Assembly: GCA_018812825.1 (NCBI GenBank)
Contig: JAHJCJ010000069.1
Coordinates: 3,825 to 67,824 of the forward strand
Length of the DNA: 64,000 bases
Source of the DNA: Candidatus Omnitrophota bacterium
GTDB taxonomy: Bacteria > Omnitrophota > Gorgyraeia > Gygaellales > Profunditerraquicolaceae
Direction of reading: 5' to 3'
Positions 29,223 to 39,227 of this stretch are shown here, one piece after another. The first letter of the stretch is position 1. The number at the start of each line of letters is the position of its first letter. Below the pieces are notes generated by a model that worked only from the letters and a program-made list of their open reading frames with translations, was not told where the DNA came from and made no database searches. The translations under genes and the position numbers were made by a program.

Positions 29223-31372
29223 AGCTTCCTAGCAATCTTTTCTATTTCATAAGCCTCGATAATATCCCCCTCCATCAACTGATCAAACCCGCTGATAGCA
29301 ATACCGCACTCAACCCCTTCGGAGACATCACGCACATCATCTTTGAAACGCTTTAGGCTTGAAAGTTTTCCTTCAAAAGCAATCTGACCATTACGCACCA
29401 GCGTAACCATGCTATTGCGAATAAGCTTACCTTTAGTTACTATACAGCCGGCGATCAATCCGGAACGGGAAAGCTTAAACATTTTCTTAACCTCAGCCTC
29501 ACCTAAAAACACTCTCTTGAGCTTAGGGTCAAGCATGCCTTCAACTGCGGCTTTTATATCATTAGCCAGCTCATAAATTATATTATATATTTTTACTTCA
29601 ATACCTTCTTTAGAAATCAGCTCTTTGGCCAATTCATCAGCGCTGACATTAAAACCTACAATCAAGGCATCAGAAGCTACTGCTAAAATTACATCTGAAT
29701 TGTTAATATTACCTACTCCTATATGAATCACATCAATTTTTATCTCAGAGACATTTAATTTCTCCAGAGTGTCTTTAATTGCCTCCAGCGACCCTTGAAC
29801 ATCAGCCTTAATAATCAATTTTAACTCTTTTATTTTTCCTTCGGCAATTTGAGCATGCAGATCTTCCAGGCTTACCCTTTTTACGCTCTTTATCTGTTGC
29901 TGCCTTTCTTTTTCCACGCGCGCCTGGACTAAATCTTTTGCCTGCTTTTCATCTTCAATCACAAAGAATTGTTCGCCCACCTGCGGGATTCCGCTTATCC
30001 CCAGTATCTCTACGGGAGAAGCAGGGCCAACAGCAGTCACTGAGTGGGCCCGGTCATTAAGCATCGCCCGGATCTTTCCGTACAAGTTACCCACAATTAT
30101 ATTTTGGTTGAGATGCAACGTGCCGTTTTGCACAAGAAGCGTAGCCACCGGGCCCCTGCCTTTAGCCATCCTTGCCTCTACAACCACTCCGTTTGCAAGG
30201 CGATTAGGATTTGCCTTTAATTCCATTACTTCTGCCTGCAGCAAAATCATCTCAAGTAAGCTATCTATTCCTGCACCGGTCTTAGCAGAAACCAAAACAG
30301 TAATAGTTTTTCCACCCCAGTCCTCAGCAGTTAGGCCGACTTGCGATAGCTGCTTTTTAACCATATCAATATTTGCCTGCGGTTTATCTATTTTATTTAT
30401 GGCAACAATAATGGTTACTCCGGCAGCAGCCGCATGGTCAATTGCTTCCTGGGTCTGCGGCATAATTCCATCGTCAGCGGCAACCACTAAAACCACAATA
30501 TCGGTAATCCGTGCGCCCCGGGCACGCATAGCGGTAAATGCTTCATGGCCAGGCGTATCCAAAAAGGTAATTTCACCCTCAGGAAGACTAACCCGATAAG
30601 CACCAATATGCTGAGTAATTCCTCCATGCTCTTCTTCTGTGACCTTGGTCTTACGTATGGCATCAAGAAGAGAAGTCTTACCGTGATCAACATGACCCAT
30701 AAAAGTAACTATGGGCGAACGTTTCTTAAGCGCATCGAGTTTATCTTTTTCCTTATGTTCCTGCAATGCTGTATCTTCGGCGTTAAGAGCTTTCTTAATC
30801 GCAAAGTTATACTTTAAACACAGCTTATTAACGGCCTCCTCGTTGAGAAACTGGTTAATTCCAACCATCACTCCCATGCTCATAAAATGTTTTATGAGAA
30901 CGCTTGATTTTTCCTGTAATTTTACCGCTAAATCTTTTAGCGTAATCGGAAGTTCTATTTCAATCTCTTTACTCGGAGCAACTTCAGCTTTTGCCTCAGG
31001 AATAAGAGCTGATTTTTCCTCATGGATTACTTTAGTTTTAACCTCAAGCTCATGGACAGGTTTTGTTACAGGTTTGATTACAGGTTTTATTTCAGGCATT
31101 GCTTCATGCTTTAGCGCAGGCTTAATTACCGGCTTGACTTCTTCTTTTTTACTTTTTGCCACAGCCTTAGACTTCAAGGCATGAACCTTAGAAATGGCCT
31201 TCTTCGTTTTCACCTCAACTTTACCCGGCTCGATCGGACGAGCCGGTACGCGCTCCGCGCGCTTATGCGCAGCAACCCGCTTTATCGTAGGAACCGATAC
31301 GCGCTTATGCGCGGCAACTTTAGGTTTAGCCGCTTTCTTTACAACTGTCTTTTCTTTCTTTACCTTGGGCAT
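29219..31372 (-). CDS. infB: Translation initiation factor IF-2
   Basis: 717 aa. Lys-rich N-terminus and a GTPase domain with GHVDHGKTSLLD. Confidence 0.95.
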   Translation of the reverse strand: MPKVKKEKTVVKKAAKPKVAAHKRVSVPTIKRVAAHKRAERVPARPIEPGKVEVKTKKAISKVHALKSKAVAKSKKEEVKPVIKPALKHEAMPEIKPVIKPVTKPVHELEVKTKVIHEEKSALIPEAKAEVAPSKEIEIELPITLKDLAVKLQEKSSVLIKHFMSMGVMVGINQFLNEEAVNKLCLKYNFAIKKALNAEDTALQEHKEKDKLDALKKRSPIVTFMGHVDHGKTSLLDAIRKTKVTEEEHGGITQHIGAYRVSLPEGEITFLDTPGHEAFTAMRARGARITDIVVLVVAADDGIMPQTQEAIDHAAAAGVTIIVAINKIDKPQANIDMVKKQLSQVGLTAEDWGGKTITVLVSAKTGAGIDSLLEMILLQAEVMELKANPNRLANGVVVEARMAKGRGPVATLLVQNGTLHLNQNIIVGNLYGKIRAMLNDRAHSVTAVGPASPVEILGISGIPQVGEQFFVIEDEKQAKDLVQARVEKERQQQIKSVKRVSLEDLHAQIAEGKIKELKLIIKADVQGSLEAIKDTLEKLNVSEIKIDVIHIGVGNINNSDVILAVASDALIVGFNVSADELAKELISKEGIEVKIYNIIYELANDIKAAVEGMLDPKLKRVFLGEAEVKKMFKLSRSGLIAGCIVTKGKLIRNSMVTLVRNGQIAFEGKLSSLKRFKDDVRDVSEGVECGIAISGFDQLMEGDIIEAYEIEKIARKL

Positions 31373-31417
31373 AATCTCTCTCCCTGACCGCCTACAGGCA
31401 GGCTTTTATATTAAAAA

Positions 31418-32689
31418 CTAAGCTATTTTCTTTGCCTCTACAACTATCTTTTTAGCTTTCTTCTCTCCAATACCTTTAATCTTTACCAACCCCTCTTCCT
31501 TAATCTTGATTATATCATCAATACTATTAATCCCTGCTTCTTTTAAGCTCTCAATAATTTTATCTCCTACACCAGTAAGATCTTCTAAAGAAACCCCTTC
31601 ATTCTTAGTTATTTTCTTGGCTTCTTTCTTGGCTTCTTTTTTAACTTCTTTCTTGGCTTTCTTTGCTTTGGGTTCATCCCGTTGAGCATCTTTTGACTCT
31701 ATTTGGGCAACCTTGGTTTCCTCTTTTCCTCCCAGCGCCTCGGCAGCAATCATGCTCTTGGTGCGAATATCCAGTTCCCAACCCACGAGCTTAGAAGCCA
31801 AACGCACATTCTGGCCATGTTTACCAATGCTCAAAGAAAGCTGATCATCATCCACAATAACCCCGGCCTTCATCTTCTCCCTATCCAGTTTTATCTCGGA
31901 AACCTTAGCCGGAGAAAGGGCAGCTTTGATATATTCACGCACATCATCATTAAAACGCACAATATCAATCTTCTCACCTTGTAGCTCATTGACAATATTC
32001 CTTACACGGTTTCCGCGCATACCTACACAAGCGCCTACTGAATCGACTTTATCATTCTTTGAGCAAACCGAAATTTTGGTGCGCTCGCCTGCCTGGCGGG
32101 ATATAGCCTTTATCTCAACGATCCCCTCGTAAATCTCAGGTACCTCTAATTCAAATAACTCCTTAACTAGGTTAGGATGCGCACGCGACAAAATAATCTG
32201 CGGCCCCTTAACATCCTTTTTTACCTCAACAACATAAGCGCGGATACGTTGCCCCTGTTTAAACTCTTCTTTAGGAGATTGCTCGCGTTTAAGCAAAATA
32301 CCCTCGGTTTTACCCAACAGGTCAACAATTACATTGCCTTTTTCAAAACGGTAAACCGTACCACTAACAATCTCCCCTACACGGCTCTGAAACTCACCAA
32401 AAACTACATCTTTCTCCGCTTCGCGCATCTTCTGGATAATTACCTGGCGCGCAGTAGATGCGGCAATACGCCCAAAATCAATATTAGTTACCTTTTCGTT
32501 ATTGCGAAAAGCACAAATCTCCCCCGTAGAACGATCAATCTTAACTTTAAATTCCTCATCCGGTTTTAGATCAATCACTCTTTTGGCAGCGCTAAGCATA
32601 GCACTTTCTACTGCTTCAAGCATAACCTCTTTCTTGATCCCTTTTTCACGTTCAATCTGCTCAATAATTGCTAAAAGTTCATGACTCAT
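31418..32689 (-). CDS. nusA: Transcription termination/antitermination factor NusA
   Basis: NusA N-terminal, S1 and KH domains. The ORF extends to 32737, but a Met at 32689 (MSHELLAIIEQ...) preceded by ggagag is the likely start. Confidence 0.88.
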   Translation of the reverse strand: MSHELLAIIEQIEREKGIKKEVMLEAVESAMLSAAKRVIDLKPDEEFKVKIDRSTGEICAFRNNEKVTNIDFGRIAASTARQVIIQKMREAEKDVVFGEFQSRVGEIVSGTVYRFEKGNVIVDLLGKTEGILLKREQSPKEEFKQGQRIRAYVVEVKKDVKGPQIILSRAHPNLVKELFELEVPEIYEGIVEIKAISRQAGERTKISVCSKNDKVDSVGACVGMRGNRVRNIVNELQGEKIDIVRFNDDVREYIKAALSPAKVSEIKLDREKMKAGVIVDDDQLSLSIGKHGQNVRLASKLVGWELDIRTKSMIAAEALGGKEETKVAQIESKDAQRDEPKAKKAKKEVKKEAKKEAKKITKNEGVSLEDLTGVGDKIIESLKEAGINSIDDIIKIKEEGLVKIKGIGEKKAKKIVVEAKKIA

Positions 32690-32750
32690 TTTTAACTCTC
32701 CAGTTTTATTTATGGTATAAACACCATGCCACTGCAAAAAACATAGTTAG

Positions 32751-33230
32751 TTATTGCCAAAGACGCTCTTCTTGAATTACCAGCTTTGCCTTGTTTATTT
32801 TAATTAAGGGAATCTCCAAAACCTCCCCTGCATGATCGATAAATACGGCTGCTTCATTAACCCTGCTGATTGCCCCTTTACACTCACATTTCCCGTTTAC
32901 TAAACCAATGAGAAAAAATACCGCCTGTTTATTCAAACAACGCATAAAATCTTCCCTTGTCTTTAACGGCCTGTCAAGGCCGGGGGAAGAAATCTCTAAA
33001 CTATACTGGTCGGAAAATATATTCTTTTCATCCAACACTTGACGCACCAAACGGTTTAGTAAACCGCATTCTTCTAAGCTAATCCCTCCCTGCGACTTAT
33101 CCACAAGCAGGCTCAATAATAATCCGGAACCATCATGCCTAAAAATAATATCCACCAAGACAAAACCTTGCGCAGCAAACAAATCCCTAACTAATAAACT
33201 TATTTCTTGCTTTAGAACTTCTCGATTCAT
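32751..33230 (-). CDS. rimP: Ribosome maturation factor RimP
   Basis: 159 aa. The classic rimP-nusA-infB arrangement supports the call. Confidence 0.85.
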   Translation of the reverse strand: MNREVLKQEISLLVRDLFAAQGFVLVDIIFRHDGSGLLLSLLVDKSQGGISLEECGLLNRLVRQVLDEKNIFSDQYSLEISSPGLDRPLKTREDFMRCLNKQAVFFLIGLVNGKCECKGAISRVNEAAVFIDHAGEVLEIPLIKINKAKLVIQEERLWQ

Positions 33231-33261
33231 AGATATCTACACAAACCTATCTATCGAACAT

Positions 33262-34527
33262 CTACCCTTCAAGTTGATTATTAGTATAACCCGTTCTCGC
33301 CTTAATCTTATTATAACAACGCAAAGAAAATCCAGTGGCCTTTAATTCAGTAGGCCCATTATCACCCTGGCCAACAATAAAAATATCATCAAGCCCGTAA
33401 TCCTCGCCTTTTCTAACCTCGCTGACCTGCATCAGGCGACGCGAGCCATCAGATAATCTGACCATATGAATAACCAGGTCCACTGCGGATATAAACTGCC
33501 TCCTGACTACATCGCTTGAGACATTCGGATTACCTAAAAGCGCCAACATCTCAAGGCGGTCCATGGCATCATAAGTTGAATTAGCATGCAATGTAGTCAT
33601 AGAGCCGTCATGGCCGGTATTCATCGCCTGGACCATATCCCAGACCTCCTCAGCGCGTACCTCTCCTATAATAATTCGATCAGGCCGCATATGCAGGGCA
33701 TTTCTTAATAAAGTGCGCATAGAAATCTCACCCTTACCTTCAATATTTGGAATTCGTGTTTCAAGCGGCACAAAATGCTTATGGTTAAAATTAAGCTCCC
33801 GAGTATCTTCAATGGTAACGATTCTTTCTTTATCTGAAATATACCTGGCCAAGGCATTAAGCATGGTAGTCTTACCAGAGCCTGCCCCTCCGCAGATTAA
33901 AATATTTAGTCTGGCAGCAACACAGGCCTTCAAGAAATCTGCCACCATAAGGTTAAGCGTCTTTAAGCGCACTTGATCATCCAGGGTTAATAACTGATAA
34001 GACATCTTCCTAATAGTAAGCAATGAGCCAATAGAAGAAATAGGGCTTTTAACAATATTTATCCTTGAACCGTCTTTTAAACACGCATCCACGCACGGCT
34101 CTAAGCTGTTAACCCTTCTGCCGGAATAATCCAAAATACGTTCAATAAAATAGGCAAGCTGTGCTTCATCAGTAAAGACAATTTCAGTCAATTCTATTTT
34201 TCCGTTACGCTCTACATAAATCTGCTTGGGGCCGTTAATCATAATCTCCGAAATACTCGGATCCCTGAGCAGCATACCAATTGGCCCAAGTTCAATAAAA
34301 TGGGCAACTACCTCGTTTAAGAGCTCCTCTTCCTGGACGTGAGATAATTGAATTTTGTTATTACTGGCTATTTCTTTAATAACACAGGCGACAGAGGCCA
34401 CAAAAGCCTGGTCTTTTGCTATTAAGAAATCAAATTTTTTCCCGCTCTGATTATCAGTTAATTTTTCCAGCACCTGTTCAAACAAATCGTTTTGCTTTCT
34501 TACGCCTGCGGTTTTTTCCATTAACAA
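33262..34527 (-). CDS. CpaF/TadA-family type II/IV secretion-system ATPase (paralog 1)
   Basis: 421 aa. Walker A GGAGSGKTT, Asp box, Walker B DRIIIGEVR and His box GHDGSMTTLHANS. Confidence 0.8.
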   Translation of the reverse strand: MLMEKTAGVRKQNDLFEQVLEKLTDNQSGKKFDFLIAKDQAFVASVACVIKEIASNNKIQLSHVQEEELLNEVVAHFIELGPIGMLLRDPSISEIMINGPKQIYVERNGKIELTEIVFTDEAQLAYFIERILDYSGRRVNSLEPCVDACLKDGSRINIVKSPISSIGSLLTIRKMSYQLLTLDDQVRLKTLNLMVADFLKACVAARLNILICGGAGSGKTTMLNALARYISDKERIVTIEDTRELNFNHKHFVPLETRIPNIEGKGEISMRTLLRNALHMRPDRIIIGEVRAEEVWDMVQAMNTGHDGSMTTLHANSTYDAMDRLEMLALLGNPNVSSDVVRRQFISAVDLVIHMVRLSDGSRRLMQVSEVRKGEDYGLDDIFIVGQGDNGPTELKATGFSLRCYNKIKARTGYTNNQLEG

Positions 34528-34536
34528 TTCTTCCTT

Positions 34537-35796
34537 TCAATTAATATTAGCTAAACGTTTTATCTCTGCCAGAACCTGGTCCTTAGGACAGATTATTTTT
34601 TCTTTACTACTACTGCTTCGCAGTTTTATTTCAACAGTATTATCCTTAAGGTAAGAACGACCTATAATCACCTGCACAGGGATCCCTAAAAGGTCGGCGT
34701 CTTTGAATTTAATTCCCGCTCTTTCGTCGCGGTCATCCAAAAGTACTTCTTTGCCCGCATCAATAATCTGACGATAAATATCCTTGGCTAAATTTATAAT
34801 AGAGGCGTCCGCCACATCTAAAGGAAGAATAATCACGCTAAAAGGCGCTACCTCAAGCGGCCAGATAATCCCTCCGCTATCGTTATTCTGCTCAATAATT
34901 GCCGAAACTAGGCGCGAGACACCAATACCATAACAACCCATGATTATCGGTTTAAGCTGCCCCTTAGCGTCAGAGAAATTAGCCTGGATTGCCTGGCTAT
35001 ATTTTGTTCCTAACTTAAAAATGTGGCCGACCTCAATACAATTGAGTTTCTCCATTTTGGTTTTACATTTCGGACAATCCTGGCTATCTACCTCATTAAA
35101 AGTTCTGGCCCCTGCGCACTTTGGACATGATAAAACTACATCTTCCCCGTCCTGGCTGGGAACCATGAATTCATGTGAGACCTTGCCTCCCATAACTCCC
35201 GAATCCGCCTCAGTAATCATAATTTTTAGACCCAATCGTAAAAATATATTTTTATAGGCGCTAAACATCGCCTCATAATTCTTATTTAAACCTGCCTCAT
35301 CCTGGTCAAAGCTATAAGCATCTTTCATAATAAACTCACAGGCGCGGATCAAACCGAAACGCGGACGGATCTCATCGCGGAATTTAGTCTGGATCTGGTA
35401 TAAAACCAAAGGAAGCTGCCTATAACTGGAGACATGGCTTCTTACCAGATCCGTAATCGCCTCTTCATGGGTCGGGCCCAAACAGATACTCCTGCCCCGG
35501 CGGTCCTTAAAACTAAACATCACCTGGCCTAAATCTTTATCCCGATTGGTTTTCTGCCAAAGCTCCAAAGGCTGTAAAGCTGGAAGTAATAATTCATTTG
35601 CGCCGCAAGCATGCATCTCCTGACGAATAATCTCCTGAATATTCCCCAGGACCTTTAACCCTAAAGGAAGGTAAGAATACACGCCAGACATAAGCATGCG
35701 TACCAATCCGGCGCGCAACAGTAACTTATGGCTAGTTGATTCTGCCTCCTGCGGGTCTTCTTTTAATGTCGGGATAAAACTTCCACTCCAAAACAT
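34537..35796 (-). CDS. proS: Proline--tRNA ligase, short form lacking the INS editing domain, with a Cys4 zinc-ribbon insertion
   Basis: 419 aa with class II motifs. An insertion CPKCAGAR...CPKCKTKM replaces the editing domain. Sits in the conserved ispG-proS position. Confidence 0.85.
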   Translation of the reverse strand: MFWSGSFIPTLKEDPQEAESTSHKLLLRAGLVRMLMSGVYSYLPLGLKVLGNIQEIIRQEMHACGANELLLPALQPLELWQKTNRDKDLGQVMFSFKDRRGRSICLGPTHEEAITDLVRSHVSSYRQLPLVLYQIQTKFRDEIRPRFGLIRACEFIMKDAYSFDQDEAGLNKNYEAMFSAYKNIFLRLGLKIMITEADSGVMGGKVSHEFMVPSQDGEDVVLSCPKCAGARTFNEVDSQDCPKCKTKMEKLNCIEVGHIFKLGTKYSQAIQANFSDAKGQLKPIIMGCYGIGVSRLVSAIIEQNNDSGGIIWPLEVAPFSVIILPLDVADASIINLAKDIYRQIIDAGKEVLLDDRDERAGIKFKDADLLGIPVQVIIGRSYLKDNTVEIKLRSSSSKEKIICPKDQVLAEIKRLANIN

Positions 35797-35797
35797 A

Positions 35798-37060
35798 TTA
35801 ATCCTTATTAAAAGTTTCTTTTGATAAAACTACCCCTCTTTTAGCTAAAAGTGAATAGAATACCGGCTGAACTCCCGTAGCCCTAAAACGGCCGCTCACC
35901 TTGCCATGCTCAACAACATCATTTATCTCATAAAAGAAAATATCTTCAAGATTTACCCATCCATTCTTGAGCCCATTTATCTGGGTAACCCGGGTTATCT
36001 TACGTGAACCATCGACAAGTTGGTCCTGTTGAATAATTAAATTTAAAGATGCGGCAATCTGGCGGTGAATCGCTTCTAAGGATATAGGAATACCCGACAT
36101 CAAGATCATTGTCTCTATGCGGTGCAGGACCTCTTGAGGAGAGTTTGCGTGGATTACCGAAAGGGCTCCGTTATGTCCGGAGCACATCGCTTGAAGCATA
36201 TCCAGGGCCTCGGCGCTTCTGATCTCTCCCAAAATAATCCTCTGAGGCCGCATACGCAAAGAGTTCCTAAAAAGATCCCTAATACCGATCTCGCCTTTTC
36301 CTTCAATATTAGGCGGTTTAGTCTCAAGCCTGACTACATGATCCTGCGCCAGATGCAGCTCAGCCGTATCCTCAATAACAATGGTACGCTCATCATTATC
36401 AATGTAGCTGGAAAGCACGCCCACGGTAGTGGTCTTACCGCTTCCTGTTGCGCCGGCAAACATCATATTCACTTTACTTTTAATGCAAGCAACTAGAAAA
36501 TCCGCCATTCTTTTATCTAATGTATCCAGGTTGATAAGATCCTCTACCCTTTGGATTACCTTAAGAAACTTACGGATAGTTATTGTCGGGCCATCCAGAG
36601 CTAATGGCGGAATAATGATATTTACTCGCGAACCATCCGGCAAACAAATATCCGTATAGGGCTGGGTCTCATCTACGCGCCTTCTGGTAGGCGCCAAGAT
36701 CTTTTGGATAACATACATAAGCTGCTGATCGCTGTCAAATTTGATATCAGTCATCAGTTTTTTTCCACATTTCTCTACATATACATTATGCGTGCCATTG
36801 ATCATAATTTCCGTAACTTCATGATCCATCATCATTTTTTCAATAGGGCCAAAACCGACAAATTCATCAACCAATTCATTAATAATCGTGTCTCTCTCCT
36901 GTTCTTTAAGCACGCTACGCGGCTGATTAAGAATTCCTTCAAGTATCTGCCTGATTGTAGCCGCTACTTCTATTTTATTTCCGGCACTTTTAGATAGAAT
37001 ACTGCTGAATCGAGTAATGAAATCTTCGCGTACCCTGCCTTTTAGCGTTTGATGAGTCAC
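35798..37060 (-). CDS. CpaF/TadA-family type II/IV secretion-system ATPase (paralog 2)
   Basis: 420 aa. Walker A GATGSGKTT, Walker B QRIILGEIR and His box GHNGALSVIHANS. About 40-45% identical to paralog 1 by eye. Confidence 0.8.
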   Translation of the reverse strand: MTHQTLKGRVREDFITRFSSILSKSAGNKIEVAATIRQILEGILNQPRSVLKEQERDTIINELVDEFVGFGPIEKMMMDHEVTEIMINGTHNVYVEKCGKKLMTDIKFDSDQQLMYVIQKILAPTRRRVDETQPYTDICLPDGSRVNIIIPPLALDGPTITIRKFLKVIQRVEDLINLDTLDKRMADFLVACIKSKVNMMFAGATGSGKTTTVGVLSSYIDNDERTIVIEDTAELHLAQDHVVRLETKPPNIEGKGEIGIRDLFRNSLRMRPQRIILGEIRSAEALDMLQAMCSGHNGALSVIHANSPQEVLHRIETMILMSGIPISLEAIHRQIAASLNLIIQQDQLVDGSRKITRVTQINGLKNGWVNLEDIFFYEINDVVEHGKVSGRFRATGVQPVFYSLLAKRGVVLSKETFNKD

Positions 37061-38130
37061 GTCTTCTCCTTGGTTTTAAGTTCCTGTAATACAATCCGCA
37101 CACAATCGCCTGGAGATATTTTTCTCACTACTTTACCGTGTTTAAATAAAACACCTTCGCTTTTACCAAAAGCAACTCCAATATCCGCTTCTTTAGCCTC
37201 ACCCGGGCCGTTAACCACGCAACCCATTATAGCCAATTTCATCGGCCGAACCAATGGTCTATAGTCAGTAGCCGATAATTTATTTTCCAGGTCTTTTACT
37301 ATACTAATTAAGTTCACCTTGCAACGACCGCAAGTAGGACAGCTAATAACCTGCGGCCCGAAACCACGCAGGCCTAAAGACTCTAATATACATTTAGCTG
37401 CTCTGACCTCTTCTATCGGCTGCTCAGTCAAAGACACTCTTATTGTATCACCAATACCCTCCAGAAGTAAAGCCCCTAAAGCCACGCTAGATTTAATAAT
37501 CCCGCTGTAAACAGGGCCGGTAGCAGTCAAACCAAGGTGTAAAGGATAGCTGCAAACCTTGGAAATTTTACGATAAGCAGCAAGCGTATCCAAAACATTG
37601 TTGGCCTTAAGCGAAATCACTATATTGTTAAATTTAAGCTTTTCAATCATCTTTACATAATTCATGCAGGCAACCACTAATTTATCACCCATCGCATATT
37701 TTCTTAACCCGGCATATTTTACTGATCCGGAATTAAGTCCGATACGCAGAGGAATTCTGGCTGTTTTTAAAGCCGATACAACCGCTTCTATCTCATTTTT
37801 TTTATCAATATTGCCCGGATTTAATCTTATTTTATCCGCCCCATTTTCAATAGCGGAAATTGCCAGGCGCCAGTTAAAATGGATATCCGCTACAAGCGGC
37901 AGCTTCACTTTCGCCTTAATCCTCCTTAAGGCCGCGGCATCATTAAAGTCATTAATTGCCAGGCGCACAATTTGGCATCCCGCATCTCTTAATTGATTAA
38001 TCTGAATAACGGTATTTTCTACATCAGAAGTCCGGGTCTTAGTCATTGATTGGATCGTCACCGGGTTTGCTCCTCCTATCAAAACATCACCGATCTTTAT
38101 AACCTTACATTTTCTTCTTACGGTATCCAT
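37057..38130 (-). CDS. ispG: 4-hydroxy-3-methylbut-2-enyl diphosphate synthase
   Basis: 357 aa GcpE family, with the C-terminal cysteine motifs CPTCGRC and GCVVNGPGE. Confidence 0.9.
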   Translation of the reverse strand: MDTVRRKCKVIKIGDVLIGGANPVTIQSMTKTRTSDVENTVIQINQLRDAGCQIVRLAINDFNDAAALRRIKAKVKLPLVADIHFNWRLAISAIENGADKIRLNPGNIDKKNEIEAVVSALKTARIPLRIGLNSGSVKYAGLRKYAMGDKLVVACMNYVKMIEKLKFNNIVISLKANNVLDTLAAYRKISKVCSYPLHLGLTATGPVYSGIIKSSVALGALLLEGIGDTIRVSLTEQPIEEVRAAKCILESLGLRGFGPQVISCPTCGRCKVNLISIVKDLENKLSATDYRPLVRPMKLAIMGCVVNGPGEAKEADIGVAFGKSEGVLFKHGKVVRKISPGDCVRIVLQELKTKEKT

Positions 38131-38131
38131 A

Positions 38132-39214
38132 TTACTTCGTCATAAATTTGCTAATTTTATCACCATAAAGTCTCGATATATCATTGTAAGTAACTAATAA
38201 AGCTATTGTGATTATAAGAGTAAAACCAACATTATTAATTACACGCTCTGCCTTAATTCCCAGCGCCTTTTTCCTGAGTTTTTCCAGGCCCAGAAAAAAT
38301 ATATGCCCACCGTCAAGGATAGGTAGAGGCAAAAGATTAAATATTGCCAGGCTCACACTTAATACCGCAATCAAATGCATAACTGCAACTAAACCCAACT
38401 TTGCTGTTTTGGAAGTGATAAAGAATATTCCCAGTGGTCCAGTCATAGAATCACGCATAGACATCTTTCCGCTAACCAATCTCCATAACCCCCTATAGGT
38501 CATAACGGTTAAATCAACGGTTTTCTTAAAACCCAGATAGGCCGACTCAAAAAAACCGTGCCTGACTTCAATAACTTCATCAAAAGGGGAAACACCGATA
38601 ATGCCTAAGGAGCGTTTCTCCCCTAATTCATCGCCCAAAATCTTATCCTTAATTAATACCCTGAATTTCAATTCCTGATTATCACGCAAAACCTCCAGCT
38701 CTACGCTTTCTTTTACTTTTCTTTTCTGGATCTGGCGCTGCAGATCCTCCCATAAATATACCCTCTTACCATCTACAACGACAACTTTATCCCCTACCGC
38801 CAAACCAGCCTCTTTAGCGCCGTAACCATCAATTAACCCGCCAACCTTAGTAGTCAGGCTGGGATAACCCACAAAAAGAATGCACCAAAAAAATAAGAAA
38901 CCAAGCACATAATTTAAAAACGGTCCAAAGAAAATAATTTGGAAACGCCTGCCAATGCTTTTAGTAAGATACTCATCATCCTTGCCTTTATATTCTAACC
39001 GGCTATCTCCTGCCATCTTTACGTAGCCGCCTAAAGGTATAAGGCTTATGCTATATTCAGTATCATTTTTCTTTTTCTTAAAGACCTGCGGCCCAAACCC
39101 CAAAGAAAAATTCTCAACGCGTACGCCATTTCTCCGCGCGGCAAAAAAATGCCCAAATTCATGCACAATAATAAGCAGGCTTAAGATAAAGATAAAAATA
39201 AGTATACCAATCAT
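38132..39214 (-). CDS. rseP: Site-2 zinc metalloprotease RseP
   Basis: 360 aa. HEFGH zinc motif, a PDZ region and multiple transmembrane segments. Confidence 0.85.
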   Translation of the reverse strand: MIGILIFIFILSLLIIVHEFGHFFAARRNGVRVENFSLGFGPQVFKKKKNDTEYSISLIPLGGYVKMAGDSRLEYKGKDDEYLTKSIGRRFQIIFFGPFLNYVLGFLFFWCILFVGYPSLTTKVGGLIDGYGAKEAGLAVGDKVVVVDGKRVYLWEDLQRQIQKRKVKESVELEVLRDNQELKFRVLIKDKILGDELGEKRSLGIIGVSPFDEVIEVRHGFFESAYLGFKKTVDLTVMTYRGLWRLVSGKMSMRDSMTGPLGIFFITSKTAKLGLVAVMHLIAVLSVSLAIFNLLPLPILDGGHIFFLGLEKLRKKALGIKAERVINNVGFTLIITIALLVTYNDISRLYGDKISKFMTK

Positions 39215-39227
39215 GTCTAATTTAAAG

